Part shown: positions 32,467-42,973 of the stretch, piece by piece
Layout: each line of letters opens with the position of its first letter
How positions within the stretch are numbered: the stretch's first letter is position 1
Assembly (NCBI GenBank): GCA_963710605.1
Contig: CAVQBA010000002.1
Location: 160,001-224,000 of the forward strand
From: an uncultured cyanobacterium
GTDB taxonomy: Bacteria; Cyanobacteriota; Cyanobacteriia; Cyanobacteriales; Cyanobacteriaceae
Length of the DNA: 64,000 nucleotides
Direction of reading: 5' to 3'
Notes under the pieces: model-generated
What the model was told of the DNA's origin: nothing
The model's database searches: none
The model's input: only the letters and a program-made list of their open reading frames with translations
Program-made: the position numbers and the translations under genes

Positions 32467-33444
32467 TTATGAATCCGTTGAAGCCTCGTCGCTATTACCA
32501 ACATTTTCAGTTACTTTACGGGTAACATCTGCTCCATTTTGTTCTAAAATAACTATTCCATCAGCATCATTAATACTACGAAATACTGTTCCACTACTTT
32601 CTTCTAGAGCAATATCAGTCGCTGAATCAAAAGAAATTTGCTTAACTTTGACATTAATAGAGCCTGTAGAATCAGAAATAACATCTCCGACTCTAACCGA
32701 TCGAGTTGTACCATCCCAAGGAGTTGTCACTAAAGCAACATTTTGTCCTTGTAAATCCATGATTCCTGATATTTGAATTCCTTGCGCTTCTTCTGTTCTA
32801 GGAAGTTGCGGTAGATTCATTCCTTGACCTAAATCGCCACCTGTTGAAGATGTCGTTCTTGCCGCAATCTGAGTATCACCACCGCCACCAGTATTTGTTC
32901 TATTTTGAGTATTTGTCGGGACTTGACCTGCGGGTGTTCTTCTAACTAAAACTGTACTTGGTGTAGTTTCCACAGGATTTGGTCTATTGTTACCGCCAGA
33001 ATTAGGTCTTCCCGCATTATTATTCGGTCTTCCCGCATTATTATTCGGTCTTCGGGCATTATTGTTAGGTTGACCTGTAACAACTGGTTCTCTAATCAGA
33101 ATCGCATTATTTTTAAATCTATCTTGAGCTGTGGGGGACAATCCTTGATTAGAAGCAATTTGCACTACTTGAGGAGGACGAATAACACCAAAAGGGTCTC
33201 CTTTGCCTTGATTTACTTGTTTTAATCTTACTTGAGGATTAGTTGAAGGAATCAAACCACTAACATTACCTGTATTATCACTAGGAGTTTCTGGTGTGGT
33301 ATCAATTTCCACTTCAGGAATTGGTTGAGGAGGAGGAACAGGATTATTATTTGATTGGGTTTGCTCTTCTTCACCACAAGCGATTAGAAATAAGCAACTT
33401 GAAAGTAAGACAACAGAAAGTTTTAATTTATTCATAATTAGCAA
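32467..33444 (-). CDS. Lipoprotein, PilP-like (inferred)
   Basis: Lipobox LIAC; disordered P/N-rich linker with DPF; C-terminal ALV..P.DG..RSVRVGD beta domain. Confidence 0.55.
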   Translation of the reverse strand: MLIMNKLKLSVVLLSSCLFLIACGEEEQTQSNNNPVPPPQPIPEVEIDTTPETPSDNTGNVSGLIPSTNPQVRLKQVNQGKGDPFGVIRPPQVVQIASNQGLSPTAQDRFKNNAILIREPVVTGQPNNNARRPNNNAGRPNNNAGRPNSGGNNRPNPVETTPSTVLVRRTPAGQVPTNTQNRTNTGGGGDTQIAARTTSSTGGDLGQGMNLPQLPRTEEAQGIQISGIMDLQGQNVALVTTPWDGTTRSVRVGDVISDSTGSINVKVKQISFDSATDIALEESSGTVFRSINDADGIVILEQNGADVTRKVTENVGNSDEASTDS

Positions 33445-33507
33445 ATTGTTAATCAGCGAACATTTATTGTTTTGATTATCATAGTACTCATTGGAATTTA
33501 ATTATGA

Positions 33508-34281
33508 TTAAAATTCTTCTGGTTGTACTAATCTTCTCATTGTAGCTATACCTTTCTTCATTCTGCGAGAAACAGTAATTACACTTACACCCAAGGCATC
33601 AGCAGTTTCTTTTTGGGTTAAATCTTGTAAGAATACAAATTCTAACACTTTACGAGTACCATCTTCTAACTGTTCTAGTGCATTTTGTAATCTTATTTTG
33701 TCTTCTTGCACTAGTTGAAAGCTACGATACTTATTGTCTGGTAAATAATCAGCTAAGCTAGTTTTATTGCCATCATTATTATCGGTGATATCCAAACTAA
33801 TTGGTTTTCTGTTTTGATGAGCTAATTTGACTTCTTGCAATTCATCAAGGGAAATATTTAATTCAATTGCTATTTCACGATCGGTAGGTTGACGATTGAG
33901 TTTATTTCTTAATTCTCTGGTAACACGATTAGATTGGTGTTTTAATTCTTGACAACGTCTAGGAATACGTACAGAATCACCTTTATCTCTTAAATAATGT
34001 TGAATTTCTCCTCTAATATAAGGAGTTGCAAAAGAGCTGAATGCGTAACCTTTTTGAGGGTCAAATCTTTCGATCGCTCTGATTAATCCTAAAATTCCAA
34101 CTTGTAACAAATCATCATAATTTTCCTGACAACGATTAAGCCAATGAGATACTTCTTTTTTCGCTAAGCCTAAATTCGATTGGATAATTTTATTTCTAAC
34201 TTCCAGTTTTTTGCTTTCTTGGTAATCTTGAAATAATTTTTGATTAATTGCTCTGTATTCTGAAGTTGTTTTAGTAGTCAT
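33508..34281 (-). CDS. sigF: RNA polymerase sigma factor SigF
   Basis: DDLLQVG.LGLIRAIERFD..KG.AFSSFA.PYIRGEIQHYLRDK; DLTQKETA..LGVS..TVSRR. Confidence 0.92.
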   Translation of the reverse strand: MTTKTTSEYRAINQKLFQDYQESKKLEVRNKIIQSNLGLAKKEVSHWLNRCQENYDDLLQVGILGLIRAIERFDPQKGYAFSSFATPYIRGEIQHYLRDKGDSVRIPRRCQELKHQSNRVTRELRNKLNRQPTDREIAIELNISLDELQEVKLAHQNRKPISLDITDNNDGNKTSLADYLPDNKYRSFQLVQEDKIRLQNALEQLEDGTRKVLEFVFLQDLTQKETADALGVSVITVSRRMKKGIATMRRLVQPEEF

Positions 34282-34806
34282 AATTTTATTTTCTTATCTT
34301 ATAAATCTGTAATGATTGTGGTGAATTATTATCCTCAAGCAAACTTTTTTTAGAAAGCTATGAAATGTTTGTTATTTGTTTTGGGTATCCTCATTATATG
34401 CTTTGGTTTTACTACAATACAATAGAGTATTTACGGGTTTTTTGATCCTGTCGTTTTAGTTAACTCATAGTTTATACGGATCTTTGTATCTTCCTTAAGT
34501 AGTTATTTCATCAAATCTTTACATTAGATTCTCACTTTGTTTTTTAATACTTAAATACTCTGAAATAATTAGGGCAAAAATAGGGCGAATTAACTCACTA
34601 ATGTTATCAAAAACTGACAATAACTACTTCAGATTAAAGATTGATTTAAGAATAGATTTTTGATTTAATTTTTTTTACCGATTGATATTTTAAGTACATA
34701 AATCTAACCAATAGAATTGATGAGTCTGGTTTAATACTTAATGATGGCAATTATTCGTGGGTTACAGTTACAGTATTATGTAACGGATAAATAAATTATC
34801 AAGACG

Positions 34807-35955
34807 ATGTTAAATTTAAACGATCGATTTTTATTATTAGCTATCACAGGAAGTAATGCCTACGGATTAGCAGTAGAAGGTGTATCCGATGTTGATTATA
34901 AGGGAATATTTGTTGCACCTCAAAGTTATTATCTAGGCTTAAAAGAAATAGAGCAATTAGAAGGAAAAGGAAGCGAAGGAGTTTTTAGTAATAATCAAGA
35001 TAATAAAGGGTTAAGTAAATGTACATTTACCAATCAACACTCTAGTTTACTAGAAGGAAATGATTTTGTTATTTATGAATTAAAAAAATATTTAAAACTA
35101 CTGAGGAATGCTAATCCCAATATTCAAGAATTATTATGGCTAGATGATTATGTTTATCTAAATCCGATCGCTAACATCTTAATCGAAAATCGAAATAAAT
35201 TCCTAACTAAAAAAGTCAAATCTAGCTACATCGGTTATGCTAATGCCCAACTAAAGAAAGTTGAAACCCATCGCCGGTGGTTACTAAACCCGCCCAAAAA
35301 AGAGCCTCAAGCAAAAGATTTTAATTTTACTGATTTATATAAACCTTTATCATTATCTGAAATTAATGCTTTTATGAACTTCTTATGGATAGTAGTTCGA
35401 GATTGTATTGAATATTTGCAACCAGCCGAAGAATTAAGATTAATATTACAAGAAAAAATTGATTATAAACAAATATTTCTTGAGCATAAATTTCCAGCCG
35501 AAGCTGAGGCACAAATTCAAGAATATACCAATGCTAGTGATGATTTTATGCGGTTAACCTTTGCCTCAAGAGAATACTTATCCGCTAAAAAAGAATGGAA
35601 AAGTTACCAAAGTTGGCAGAAAAATCGTAATAGCAAAAGACACTCCCTCGAAGCTAAATGTGGTTATGACAGTAAACACGCTAGTCATGCTTTACGTTTA
35701 CTTTACACAGGTAGAGAAATTATTCAGAAGAAAACTTTGATTGTTAATCGGACGAAAACTGGTGATGCTGAGTATTTATTGCAAGTAAAATTAGGTAATG
35801 TTTCTTATCAAGAAGTAATGAAAGAATGTAATTTAGTTTTTAACGAAATTAAATCGATGAAAGAAAAAGATATTGATTTACCCGATGAAGTTGATGATGA
35901 ATACCTAAATCTATTATGTATGGAAATGGTCGATCGAATCGGCTTTAAGAGCTAA
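34807..35955 (+). CDS. Pol-beta superfamily nucleotidyltransferase (RlaP/Nuc-transf-like)
   Basis: GS.AYGL.....SDVDYKGIF, YEL.KY..LL..ANPNI.ELL, GYDSKHA.H..RLL. Confidence 0.85.
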   Translation: MLNLNDRFLLLAITGSNAYGLAVEGVSDVDYKGIFVAPQSYYLGLKEIEQLEGKGSEGVFSNNQDNKGLSKCTFTNQHSSLLEGNDFVIYELKKYLKLLRNANPNIQELLWLDDYVYLNPIANILIENRNKFLTKKVKSSYIGYANAQLKKVETHRRWLLNPPKKEPQAKDFNFTDLYKPLSLSEINAFMNFLWIVVRDCIEYLQPAEELRLILQEKIDYKQIFLEHKFPAEAEAQIQEYTNASDDFMRLTFASREYLSAKKEWKSYQSWQKNRNSKRHSLEAKCGYDSKHASHALRLLYTGREIIQKKTLIVNRTKTGDAEYLLQVKLGNVSYQEVMKECNLVFNEIKSMKEKDIDLPDEVDDEYLNLLCMEMVDRIGFKS

Positions 35956-36273
35956 AGATAAAGGGTGAAGGATAAAAGATGAGAGATGAAGGATGAAATT
36001 ATCAATTATCAATTATCAATTGTTTACCGAGTTATTACTACCTTGACGAAGACTAGATCTTAGCTAAAATTGTAATTATAGACAAAAACTCGTACATTTA
36101 CATTCATCCCTTAATCAACTAGCTTTTAGACTTTAATAAACATTTTTGAGATTATATCTATCGTTGGTGGATGTGTGGGTTTTACTCTATCTAAGTAAAC
36201 TAAAAAATTAATTAAGTATATTTTTAATCTTTGGTTTGTATTGTTGACATTTGTTTAAATATTACGAAAAGTT

Positions 36274-37137
36274 ATGGCTAAAAGTTATTTTGTTCTTAAT
36301 AGTAATCAAGATTTACAAAACGTATATCAATCGGTTATGTGGTGGTTTAAAGGCAGACAATACGAAGTTGAAGCCACAACTAATCATGATGGGATGTATT
36401 TAATTCAAGCTAGAAAAACAGGTAAAATTAGAACTTTGCTAGGTAGTAATCTTGCTTTTCAAGTCAAAATATATGTACCGAGTGAACAAGTTTTTAGCCT
36501 CAGAGAATTTGTGATTGAAACCAGTCGTGGAAAATGGGTTCAAAATATTATGGGTGCAGGTTTTGCGGGTTTGTTTACCGCCGGTGCTACTATTTGGACG
36601 GGTTTGGCTACAGCAGGTTGGGGATTTTTACTCGAAAACGATTTAATTTCTTACCTAGAAAACGAACAAAACTATAATCGTGTTAAACCAGAAACTCAGT
36701 TAACTAAAATAACCAAAAATCAAGATCTCGATCGTATATTTACCAAAATTGATCTTAATAATTCTGAACATAGAGAAACAATTATTGAATTAGAAAAAGA
36801 GATTGATAAATTAGAAATTGCTTTTACTGATGAAATTTTAACTGAAAAAGAGTTTAGTACTAAAAAAGCTATTTTAGAACAACAAATTGATGATTATGAA
36901 GTAAGTTTTGTAATTGAAGAAAAAATAACGAAGTTACAAGAGGCTTTTTCAACCGGGATTTTAAGTCAGACTGAATACGAAGATAAAGTACAAGAAATAG
37001 AAGCTAATGTACGTGAACAAATAACTTACGAAAAATATTTACAAAGAAATAAAATTAAAGAAGTTAAGTTAAAAGAAGCTTTAAAAAATGGTATTTTAAC
37101 TCAGTCAGAATTTGACTATAAAATAAGTAAGTTATAA
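36274..37137 (+). CDS. Hypothetical membrane protein with C-terminal SHOCT-like repeats
   Basis: Gly/Ala-rich TM segment; three KL..A...(G/E)IL(T/S)..E(F/Y)..K repeats. Confidence 0.7.
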   Translation: MAKSYFVLNSNQDLQNVYQSVMWWFKGRQYEVEATTNHDGMYLIQARKTGKIRTLLGSNLAFQVKIYVPSEQVFSLREFVIETSRGKWVQNIMGAGFAGLFTAGATIWTGLATAGWGFLLENDLISYLENEQNYNRVKPETQLTKITKNQDLDRIFTKIDLNNSEHRETIIELEKEIDKLEIAFTDEILTEKEFSTKKAILEQQIDDYEVSFVIEEKITKLQEAFSTGILSQTEYEDKVQEIEANVREQITYEKYLQRNKIKEVKLKEALKNGILTQSEFDYKISKL

Positions 37138-37330
37138 CCCTTCAGACTTAAGTAATAAGTAATAAGTAATAAGTAATGAGTTAAAGTCAATTGTTGGTAT
37201 AAAGCCTCGCCTTCAGTTCGAGGCGAAAATAAACACTCTCATATTTTCGCATCTTGAATCCTCGAACCCTCACCGCAAAAGGTATTACTCATTACTGGTG
37301 AATATTATGTGTTAAGATTACGATTTTTAT

Positions 37331-37954
37331 TTAAGTTTGATACCTTCTCAGATTTTGATGAATACGAGCTACGTGCCACATATAGTCACTAATGTCGTAA
37401 TTTATTGCTTTATCAATTAAAGATACTGATTGTGTGGGATTTTTTTGCACTTCATAATACAATCCCCCGTAAAAATTAGTATAAAAAAGATGATAACGAT
37501 CGCAATGACCATTTACATTAGTTAAAGAATCAATCTGATATTTACCTGCAAAAACAGAGTAAATATGGTACATATAAGGGCGAGCATCATCTTTAACCTT
37601 TAACAGACAATTTTTTTGAGCCGAATCAAAATCTTCTAACTGAGCAATACATAAAAAAAACCAGAGGGTAATTTCTATATCTTGAGAATGAATACTCAAA
37701 CTTAACTCAAATTGTCGTGCCGCTTTAGCGTATTTTTTCAAATAATAATAGGTTAAACCTCTTTGCCAAAGATACGGAGTTAATTGAGGGTTTAATTGCT
37801 CTGCCTTGTTAAAGTCTTTTAAAGACTCGATTAATCTACCTAACTTAAAATAGAGCATTCCCCGACTAATATATAAGCGAGGTTCAAAAGGAAACGTATT
37901 TAATCTTTTATCAAATTTATTTAAGTCTGCTTCAAAAACAGTTGTATCGATCAT
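37331..37954 (-). CDS. TPR protein (NlpI-like)
   Basis: YISRGM.YFKLG...ESL.DF, PYLWQRGL.YY. Confidence 0.8.
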   Translation of the reverse strand: MIDTTVFEADLNKFDKRLNTFPFEPRLYISRGMLYFKLGRLIESLKDFNKAEQLNPQLTPYLWQRGLTYYYLKKYAKAARQFELSLSIHSQDIEITLWFFLCIAQLEDFDSAQKNCLLKVKDDARPYMYHIYSVFAGKYQIDSLTNVNGHCDRYHLFYTNFYGGLYYEVQKNPTQSVSLIDKAINYDISDYMWHVARIHQNLRRYQT

Positions 37955-38303
37955 GAAATTAAAAGTAGCTGAATATCAAATTTTAAAAATATGGCTTAAT
38001 TGATCCCAATATAGTCTAATCTGGTTATTTTAAAGTAAATAAACAAGTTAACTATTTGTTAACCATTATTGTATTTAACGCTATACTATTGTTTGTTTAT
38101 CTAAATTTTTAGTTATCAACCAGAATAATTACGTTTATTTTATTTGTACTAATTTAAACTTAATTGTTACAGCTAATCTCAAAAAATAGACAACAAATAA
38201 ATAATTATCAATTGATGGTAGTATTTACCACAAACAGTATATCATTAAAGCAAAAATAAGTGCGACTATTATAATCAGCAACTATGTAGTATTTTTTATT
38301 GGT

Positions 38304-39746
38304 GTGAAGAAGCAAAAAATGTCAAAACTCAATCTAAACGGTAAGCCATTTCACTTTATCGGCATCGGTGGTATAGGTATGTCTGCCCTTGCTTATATTT
38401 TAGCTAAAAGGGGATTACCAGTATCAGGCTCAGATATTCGTAGTAGCCATATTACCGATCGTCTTGAAAGTGTGGGTGCTAAAATTTTTACAACTCAAAC
38501 TGCGGATAATATTCTCAATATAAGTGCCAAAAATATGGCATCAGGAGATTACGCACCGCAAATTATTTGCTCTACGGCTATTAATGCTCAAAATGCTGAG
38601 TATAAAGCGGCGATCGAGAACGGTTATGCTATTTATCATCGTTCTGATTTATTAGCTGCCTTAATTGAAGATTATCAGGCAATTGCGGTAGCCGGCACAC
38701 ATGGAAAGACAACCACTAGTAGCTTGATTGGTTATTTACTTTTAAAATCAGGATTAAACCCAACGGTGATTATCGGTGGTGAAGTGAGTGCTTTCTCTGG
38801 TAATGCTCGTTTAGGAGATAGCCCTTATTTGGTTGCCGAAGCTGATGAATCTGATGGCTCTTTAGTTAAACATCATCCTTATTTTGGTATCATTACTAAT
38901 ATCGAATTAGATCATCCTGATCATTACGAATCCTTAGATCAATTAGTCGATATTTTTCAGCAATTTGTTGATCAATCAGAAATTATTATTGCCTGTATTG
39001 ATTGCCCTGTTGTAAAAGAAGCTATTAGTGCCGATATTACCTATAGTTTAAATCCTGACTCTAACGCTAATTATATCGCTACAAATGTCGTTCATGGTGC
39101 TTATGGTAGTGAAGCCGATATTATTGAAAATGGCGTTAATTTAGGTCATCTTCGTTTACAACTTTCCGGTGATCATAATTTAAGTAATGCTTTAGCCGCG
39201 ATCGCTGTCGGTCGTAAATTAGAATTAGAATTTAGCGTGATTGCTGAATCATTAGCTAGTTTTACAGGTACAAAGAGACGGTTTGAATACAAAGGCGAAT
39301 ACAATGGTGCTACTTTAATTGATGATTATGCCCATCATCCTCGTGAAATAACTTGTACCTTAGAAGCAGGAAAAGCTCGTTTACCACAATACGAAGCCAA
39401 AAGATTAGTTGCTATTTTTCAACCACATCGTTATAGTCGTACTGCTACTTTTTTAGAAGAATTTGCTCAATGTTTTGAATTAGCAGATGTGGTAATTGTC
39501 ACTGATATTTATAGTGCAGGAGAAACTAATAATACTGATATTAATGGTGACATCTTAGTTGAAACTATCAAAAAATATCACGATCGAGTATATTATCAGC
39601 CAAATTTGTCTAAACTACCAGAATTTTTAGCTAACTTTTTAAAGACTGGAGATTTAACATTATTTTTAGGTGCCGGGAATCTTAATCAAACTATTCCGCA
39701 ACTTTTAACTGATGATGTTCAAAAATTAGTCAACGTAGCTCGATAA
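38304..39746 (+). CDS. murC: UDP-N-acetylmuramate--L-alanine ligase
   Basis: HFIGIGGIGMS, AGTHGKTTT, EADESDGS, DDYAHHP, FQPHRYSRT. Confidence 0.96.
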   Translation: MKKQKMSKLNLNGKPFHFIGIGGIGMSALAYILAKRGLPVSGSDIRSSHITDRLESVGAKIFTTQTADNILNISAKNMASGDYAPQIICSTAINAQNAEYKAAIENGYAIYHRSDLLAALIEDYQAIAVAGTHGKTTTSSLIGYLLLKSGLNPTVIIGGEVSAFSGNARLGDSPYLVAEADESDGSLVKHHPYFGIITNIELDHPDHYESLDQLVDIFQQFVDQSEIIIACIDCPVVKEAISADITYSLNPDSNANYIATNVVHGAYGSEADIIENGVNLGHLRLQLSGDHNLSNALAAIAVGRKLELEFSVIAESLASFTGTKRRFEYKGEYNGATLIDDYAHHPREITCTLEAGKARLPQYEAKRLVAIFQPHRYSRTATFLEEFAQCFELADVVIVTDIYSAGETNNTDINGDILVETIKKYHDRVYYQPNLSKLPEFLANFLKTGDLTLFLGAGNLNQTIPQLLTDDVQKLVNVAR

Positions 39747-40143
39747 ATTTAAATTAAATACTAAAAGAAAAGCTAATCGACTTCAACTATTTTGTTTATC
39801 TCCCTAACGACTGATGACAGCTAAGAATAGATACATTATCATTTATTACACTAGTTATCAAGGAAGTTACAAAAGAGACATATCTGTTTTGCTCTGAGGT
39901 TTTTATTGACATTTTTATTTTAAGAGCTTGACAATATACCAAACTTATAGTATGAACTAAGTCAGACACGATCATTATTTTTGTTGTGAGACTTTTAACT
40001 TGACTACAATCAAGTTGAATAAATGCTACAAAAAAAGTTACTAATTGAAAAAATAGTAATAATGATCTTATTCATTTTCGTCTTATATTAATAAACACGA
40101 TCGCACTTTTTGACGATCGATCTTTGTGAAGGAGTAAAAAACT

Positions 40144-41079
40144 ATGACTATTAACACGATATTAGGTGCTAATTCTAGCCCAATTAAACTAAAGGGTACA
40201 GAATGCCTAATCCATCGTTGTGAATCATTATCCAAACATACTTCTTACCGAGTAGGAGGTAATGCTCAATTATATGCTGAGCCTAAATCTTGGGATGATA
40301 TTACGGCTTTATTTGAATGGATACAAAAACACGATGTGCCTTTTACTTGTTTAGGTGGAGGTTCAAACTTACTAGTAAGCGATCGAGGTATCGATGGTTT
40401 GGTTTTAAATACACGTCATTTCAAACAATACAACGTTGACGAGAACAATAATACGATTACCGTCGGTGCGGGTTATCCATTACCTAAATTAGCATGGAGA
40501 GCCGCTAAAAGAGGATTGCAAGGCTTAGATTGGGCAGTGGGCATACCAGGTACTCTAGGTGGTGCTGTGGTGATGAATGCAGGAGCTCATAAAGGCTCAA
40601 TATCTGATATTTTAGTTAATGCAGTGGTAGCGTATAGTGATGGTACAGTAAAAACACTTTCTCGTGAAGAGTTAGGATATGCTTATCGTACCTCTAAGTT
40701 ACAAAACAAAAAAGCATTAGTTTTGAAAGCAACCTTAGCTTTAAATTCAGGACATACTAAAGAAGATATGGTTAATTTAACTCGTCAAAATTTTTGGATG
40801 AGAAAAGAAACTCAACCTTACGACAAACCAAGTTGTGGTAGTGTCTTTCGTAACCCTAAACCTCAAGCCGCTGGTTGGTTAATCGAACAAATTGGCTTAA
40901 AAGGTTATCAAATTGGTGGTGCTCAAGTTGCTCATCGTCATGCGAATTTTATTGTAAACGCAGATAATGCCAAAGCTCAAGATGTATTTAATTTGATTGA
41001 ATACGTACAAGAAAAAGTCGAACAACATTGGTCAATTTTACTCCACCCTGAAGTTAAGGTATTAGGCAATTTTAGTTAA
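40144..41079 (+). CDS. murB: UDP-N-acetylenolpyruvoylglucosamine reductase
   Basis: GGGSNLL, GIPGTLGGAVVMNAGA, SCGSVFRNP, HANFIVN. Confidence 0.96.
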   Translation: MTINTILGANSSPIKLKGTECLIHRCESLSKHTSYRVGGNAQLYAEPKSWDDITALFEWIQKHDVPFTCLGGGSNLLVSDRGIDGLVLNTRHFKQYNVDENNNTITVGAGYPLPKLAWRAAKRGLQGLDWAVGIPGTLGGAVVMNAGAHKGSISDILVNAVVAYSDGTVKTLSREELGYAYRTSKLQNKKALVLKATLALNSGHTKEDMVNLTRQNFWMRKETQPYDKPSCGSVFRNPKPQAAGWLIEQIGLKGYQIGGAQVAHRHANFIVNADNAKAQDVFNLIEYVQEKVEQHWSILLHPEVKVLGNFS

Positions 41080-41130
41080 GAGTTAAGAGTTGAAAGCCAA
41101 AAGTTAAAAGCTACGAATATCGACTTAAAA

Positions 41131-41829
41131 ATGGAAATTTTGATTGTTGAAGACGAAAAAGAAATTGCTCAATTGATTAATAGTTGTTTGAGCAGAGAAG
41201 GATGGAAATGTCATGTAGTTCACGATGGTTTATCTGCTTTAAGTACAGCAGAAACGATCGAGCCTGATTTAATCGTACTCGATTTGATGTTACCCGGTAT
41301 TGATGGTTTGGAAGTTTGTAGCAGAATCCGTAACTCTGGGATGGTAAAAGATCCTTATATACTAATGTTAACCGCCAAAGGAGAAGAAATCGATCGAGTG
41401 ATTGGTTTATCTACTGGTGCGGACGATTATTTAGTCAAACCATTTAGCCCACGAGAATTAGCCGCCAGAGTTAGAGCGTTACTCAGACGTAGTCTGCGTC
41501 ACGAACAAACTGCTCAAATACATGAAAGCGAACATTTCTCGGTCAATTTAGACGAGCATACCGCCACTCGTAAGCTAAACAATAACGAAACAGAGCAATT
41601 AGACTTAACGGCTTTAGAATTTAATCTATTATCTACTTTTGTGAGTTATCCAGGTAAGGTATGGAGTCGTACTCAATTAATCGATAGTCTCTGGGGAGCA
41701 GATTTTTTTGGCGATGAGAGAGTGGTAGATACTCATATTCGTCGTTTGCGTAAAAAAATAGAACCAAATCCCGCTCAACCTTCTTTTGTTAAAACCGTGG
41801 TAGGAGTTGGTTATAAGTTTGAAGACTGA
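41131..41829 (+). CDS. OmpR/PhoB-family response regulator
   Basis: REC domain (VEDE, DLMLP) + winged helix (LTALEF.LL, RVVDTHIRRLRKK, TVVGVGYKF). Confidence 0.92.
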   Translation: MEILIVEDEKEIAQLINSCLSREGWKCHVVHDGLSALSTAETIEPDLIVLDLMLPGIDGLEVCSRIRNSGMVKDPYILMLTAKGEEIDRVIGLSTGADDYLVKPFSPRELAARVRALLRRSLRHEQTAQIHESEHFSVNLDEHTATRKLNNNETEQLDLTALEFNLLSTFVSYPGKVWSRTQLIDSLWGADFFGDERVVDTHIRRLRKKIEPNPAQPSFVKTVVGVGYKFED

Positions 41830-41878
41830 TCAAATACACAACGAACGATCAATCCCCGCTCATCCCCCTTTGTAAGTG

Positions 41879-42045
41879 GCAGGGCTGATTCATTCTCGTT
41901 AGCCGAAAATAGCTAGAAGCTATTATTACTATACGATCGATCGAGAGTGGTTACATTGTCTTTTTACTATTAGAAAAAAACGGCTAAATTTACTGGTATT
42001 TCTTAGTTGTATAAATCACAAAAATAAGACATGAAACAGCCCTGC
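41879..42045. mobile_element. MITE with GCAGGGCTG-type TIRs and 10-bp target duplication (ISAs1-like ends)
   Basis: GCAGGGCTGATTCAT ... ATGAAACAGCCCTGC; flanking direct repeat TTTGTAAGTG at 41869-41878 and 42046-42055. Confidence 0.8.
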
Positions 42046-42134
42046 TTTGTAAGTGGGACTTGTAAATATAAACTCTACCTCATAAATGTGGGAAACGCTA
42101 TATTTACAGCCGAATAAATTCAGTTGAAACAGTT

Positions 42135-42467
42135 TTAAGAAAACATCCGAACTAAAATATCTGAAACTACTTGTAAATCTTTTGAGGAGAGAATACCTAA
42201 TTTTTTTAGTAATCTATATTTGTCAATAGCCCGAATTTGATCTAAGGCAATACTACCTTGTCGTGATTGAAAAAAAATTGAAACTCTGGTCGGATAATTT
42301 TTAATTCTACTCGTGAGCGGTGCAATAATGACGGTTTTGAGTAAGCGATTAGTTTCATTAGGAGAGACGATAACACAAGGACGAGTTTTTTTTATTTCTG
42401 AACCAATTGTTGGCTCTAAATTAACTAACCATACTTCTCCTGTCTTAGGATAAGCTACCAAACCCAT
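42135..42467 (-). CDS. mazF: PemK/MazF family toxin
   Basis: GEVWLV.L.PT.GSEI.KTRPCVIVS, IAPLTS, LDQIRAIDK.RL. Confidence 0.92.
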   Translation of the reverse strand: MGLVAYPKTGEVWLVNLEPTIGSEIKKTRPCVIVSPNETNRLLKTVIIAPLTSRIKNYPTRVSIFFQSRQGSIALDQIRAIDKYRLLKKLGILSSKDLQVVSDILVRMFS

Positions 42468-42697
42468 TCCTCCTCATCCCAACTATTTTCTACGCAATTT
42501 TCTATTAATATTTGCTCATCAACTCCTGCTGTCATAATTGCTTCTGCCCATCCCTGACGAGGATTCTGATTAGAAACCAGCAAACAATTGTCTTTAACTT
42601 CTAGTTTGACTATTTCCTTGAATTGACATTGTTCGATAATACTTTTAGGAATAATGATTCCTTGAGAATTACCTATTTTGGTTATTTTTGTTTCCAT
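42455..42697 (-). CDS. mazE: AbrB/MazE family antitoxin
   Basis: METKITKIGNSQGIIIPK, PRQGWAEA, acidic/Trp C-terminus; TGTTATAACA palindrome upstream; start taken at ATG 42697. Confidence 0.9.
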   Translation of the reverse strand: METKITKIGNSQGIIIPKSIIEQCQFKEIVKLEVKDNCLLVSNQNPRQGWAEAIMTAGVDEQILIENCVENSWDEEEWVW

Positions 42698-42973
42698 TCT
42701 CAACTTACTAGTAAATGTTATAACATTATAATAACAAGTTTTTTTTAATCGCAGAAAACGATCGGTACTTGCCAGTTTTACACGATCGAAATAGTTACTA
42801 ATATAAAAGCTCAAACTATTGATATATAAGAATTGTAGCTATACAATATGCTTTTTGACGGCTTGTCCTGAATTTCGAGTCGCTCAATTTCCGCAGTTCG
42901 ACAATGTCACTGTAACACATTACCGAAGGGTTGCCCTTTTACTTTTGCTATAACTCCCCCTTGTCAAACTAAA

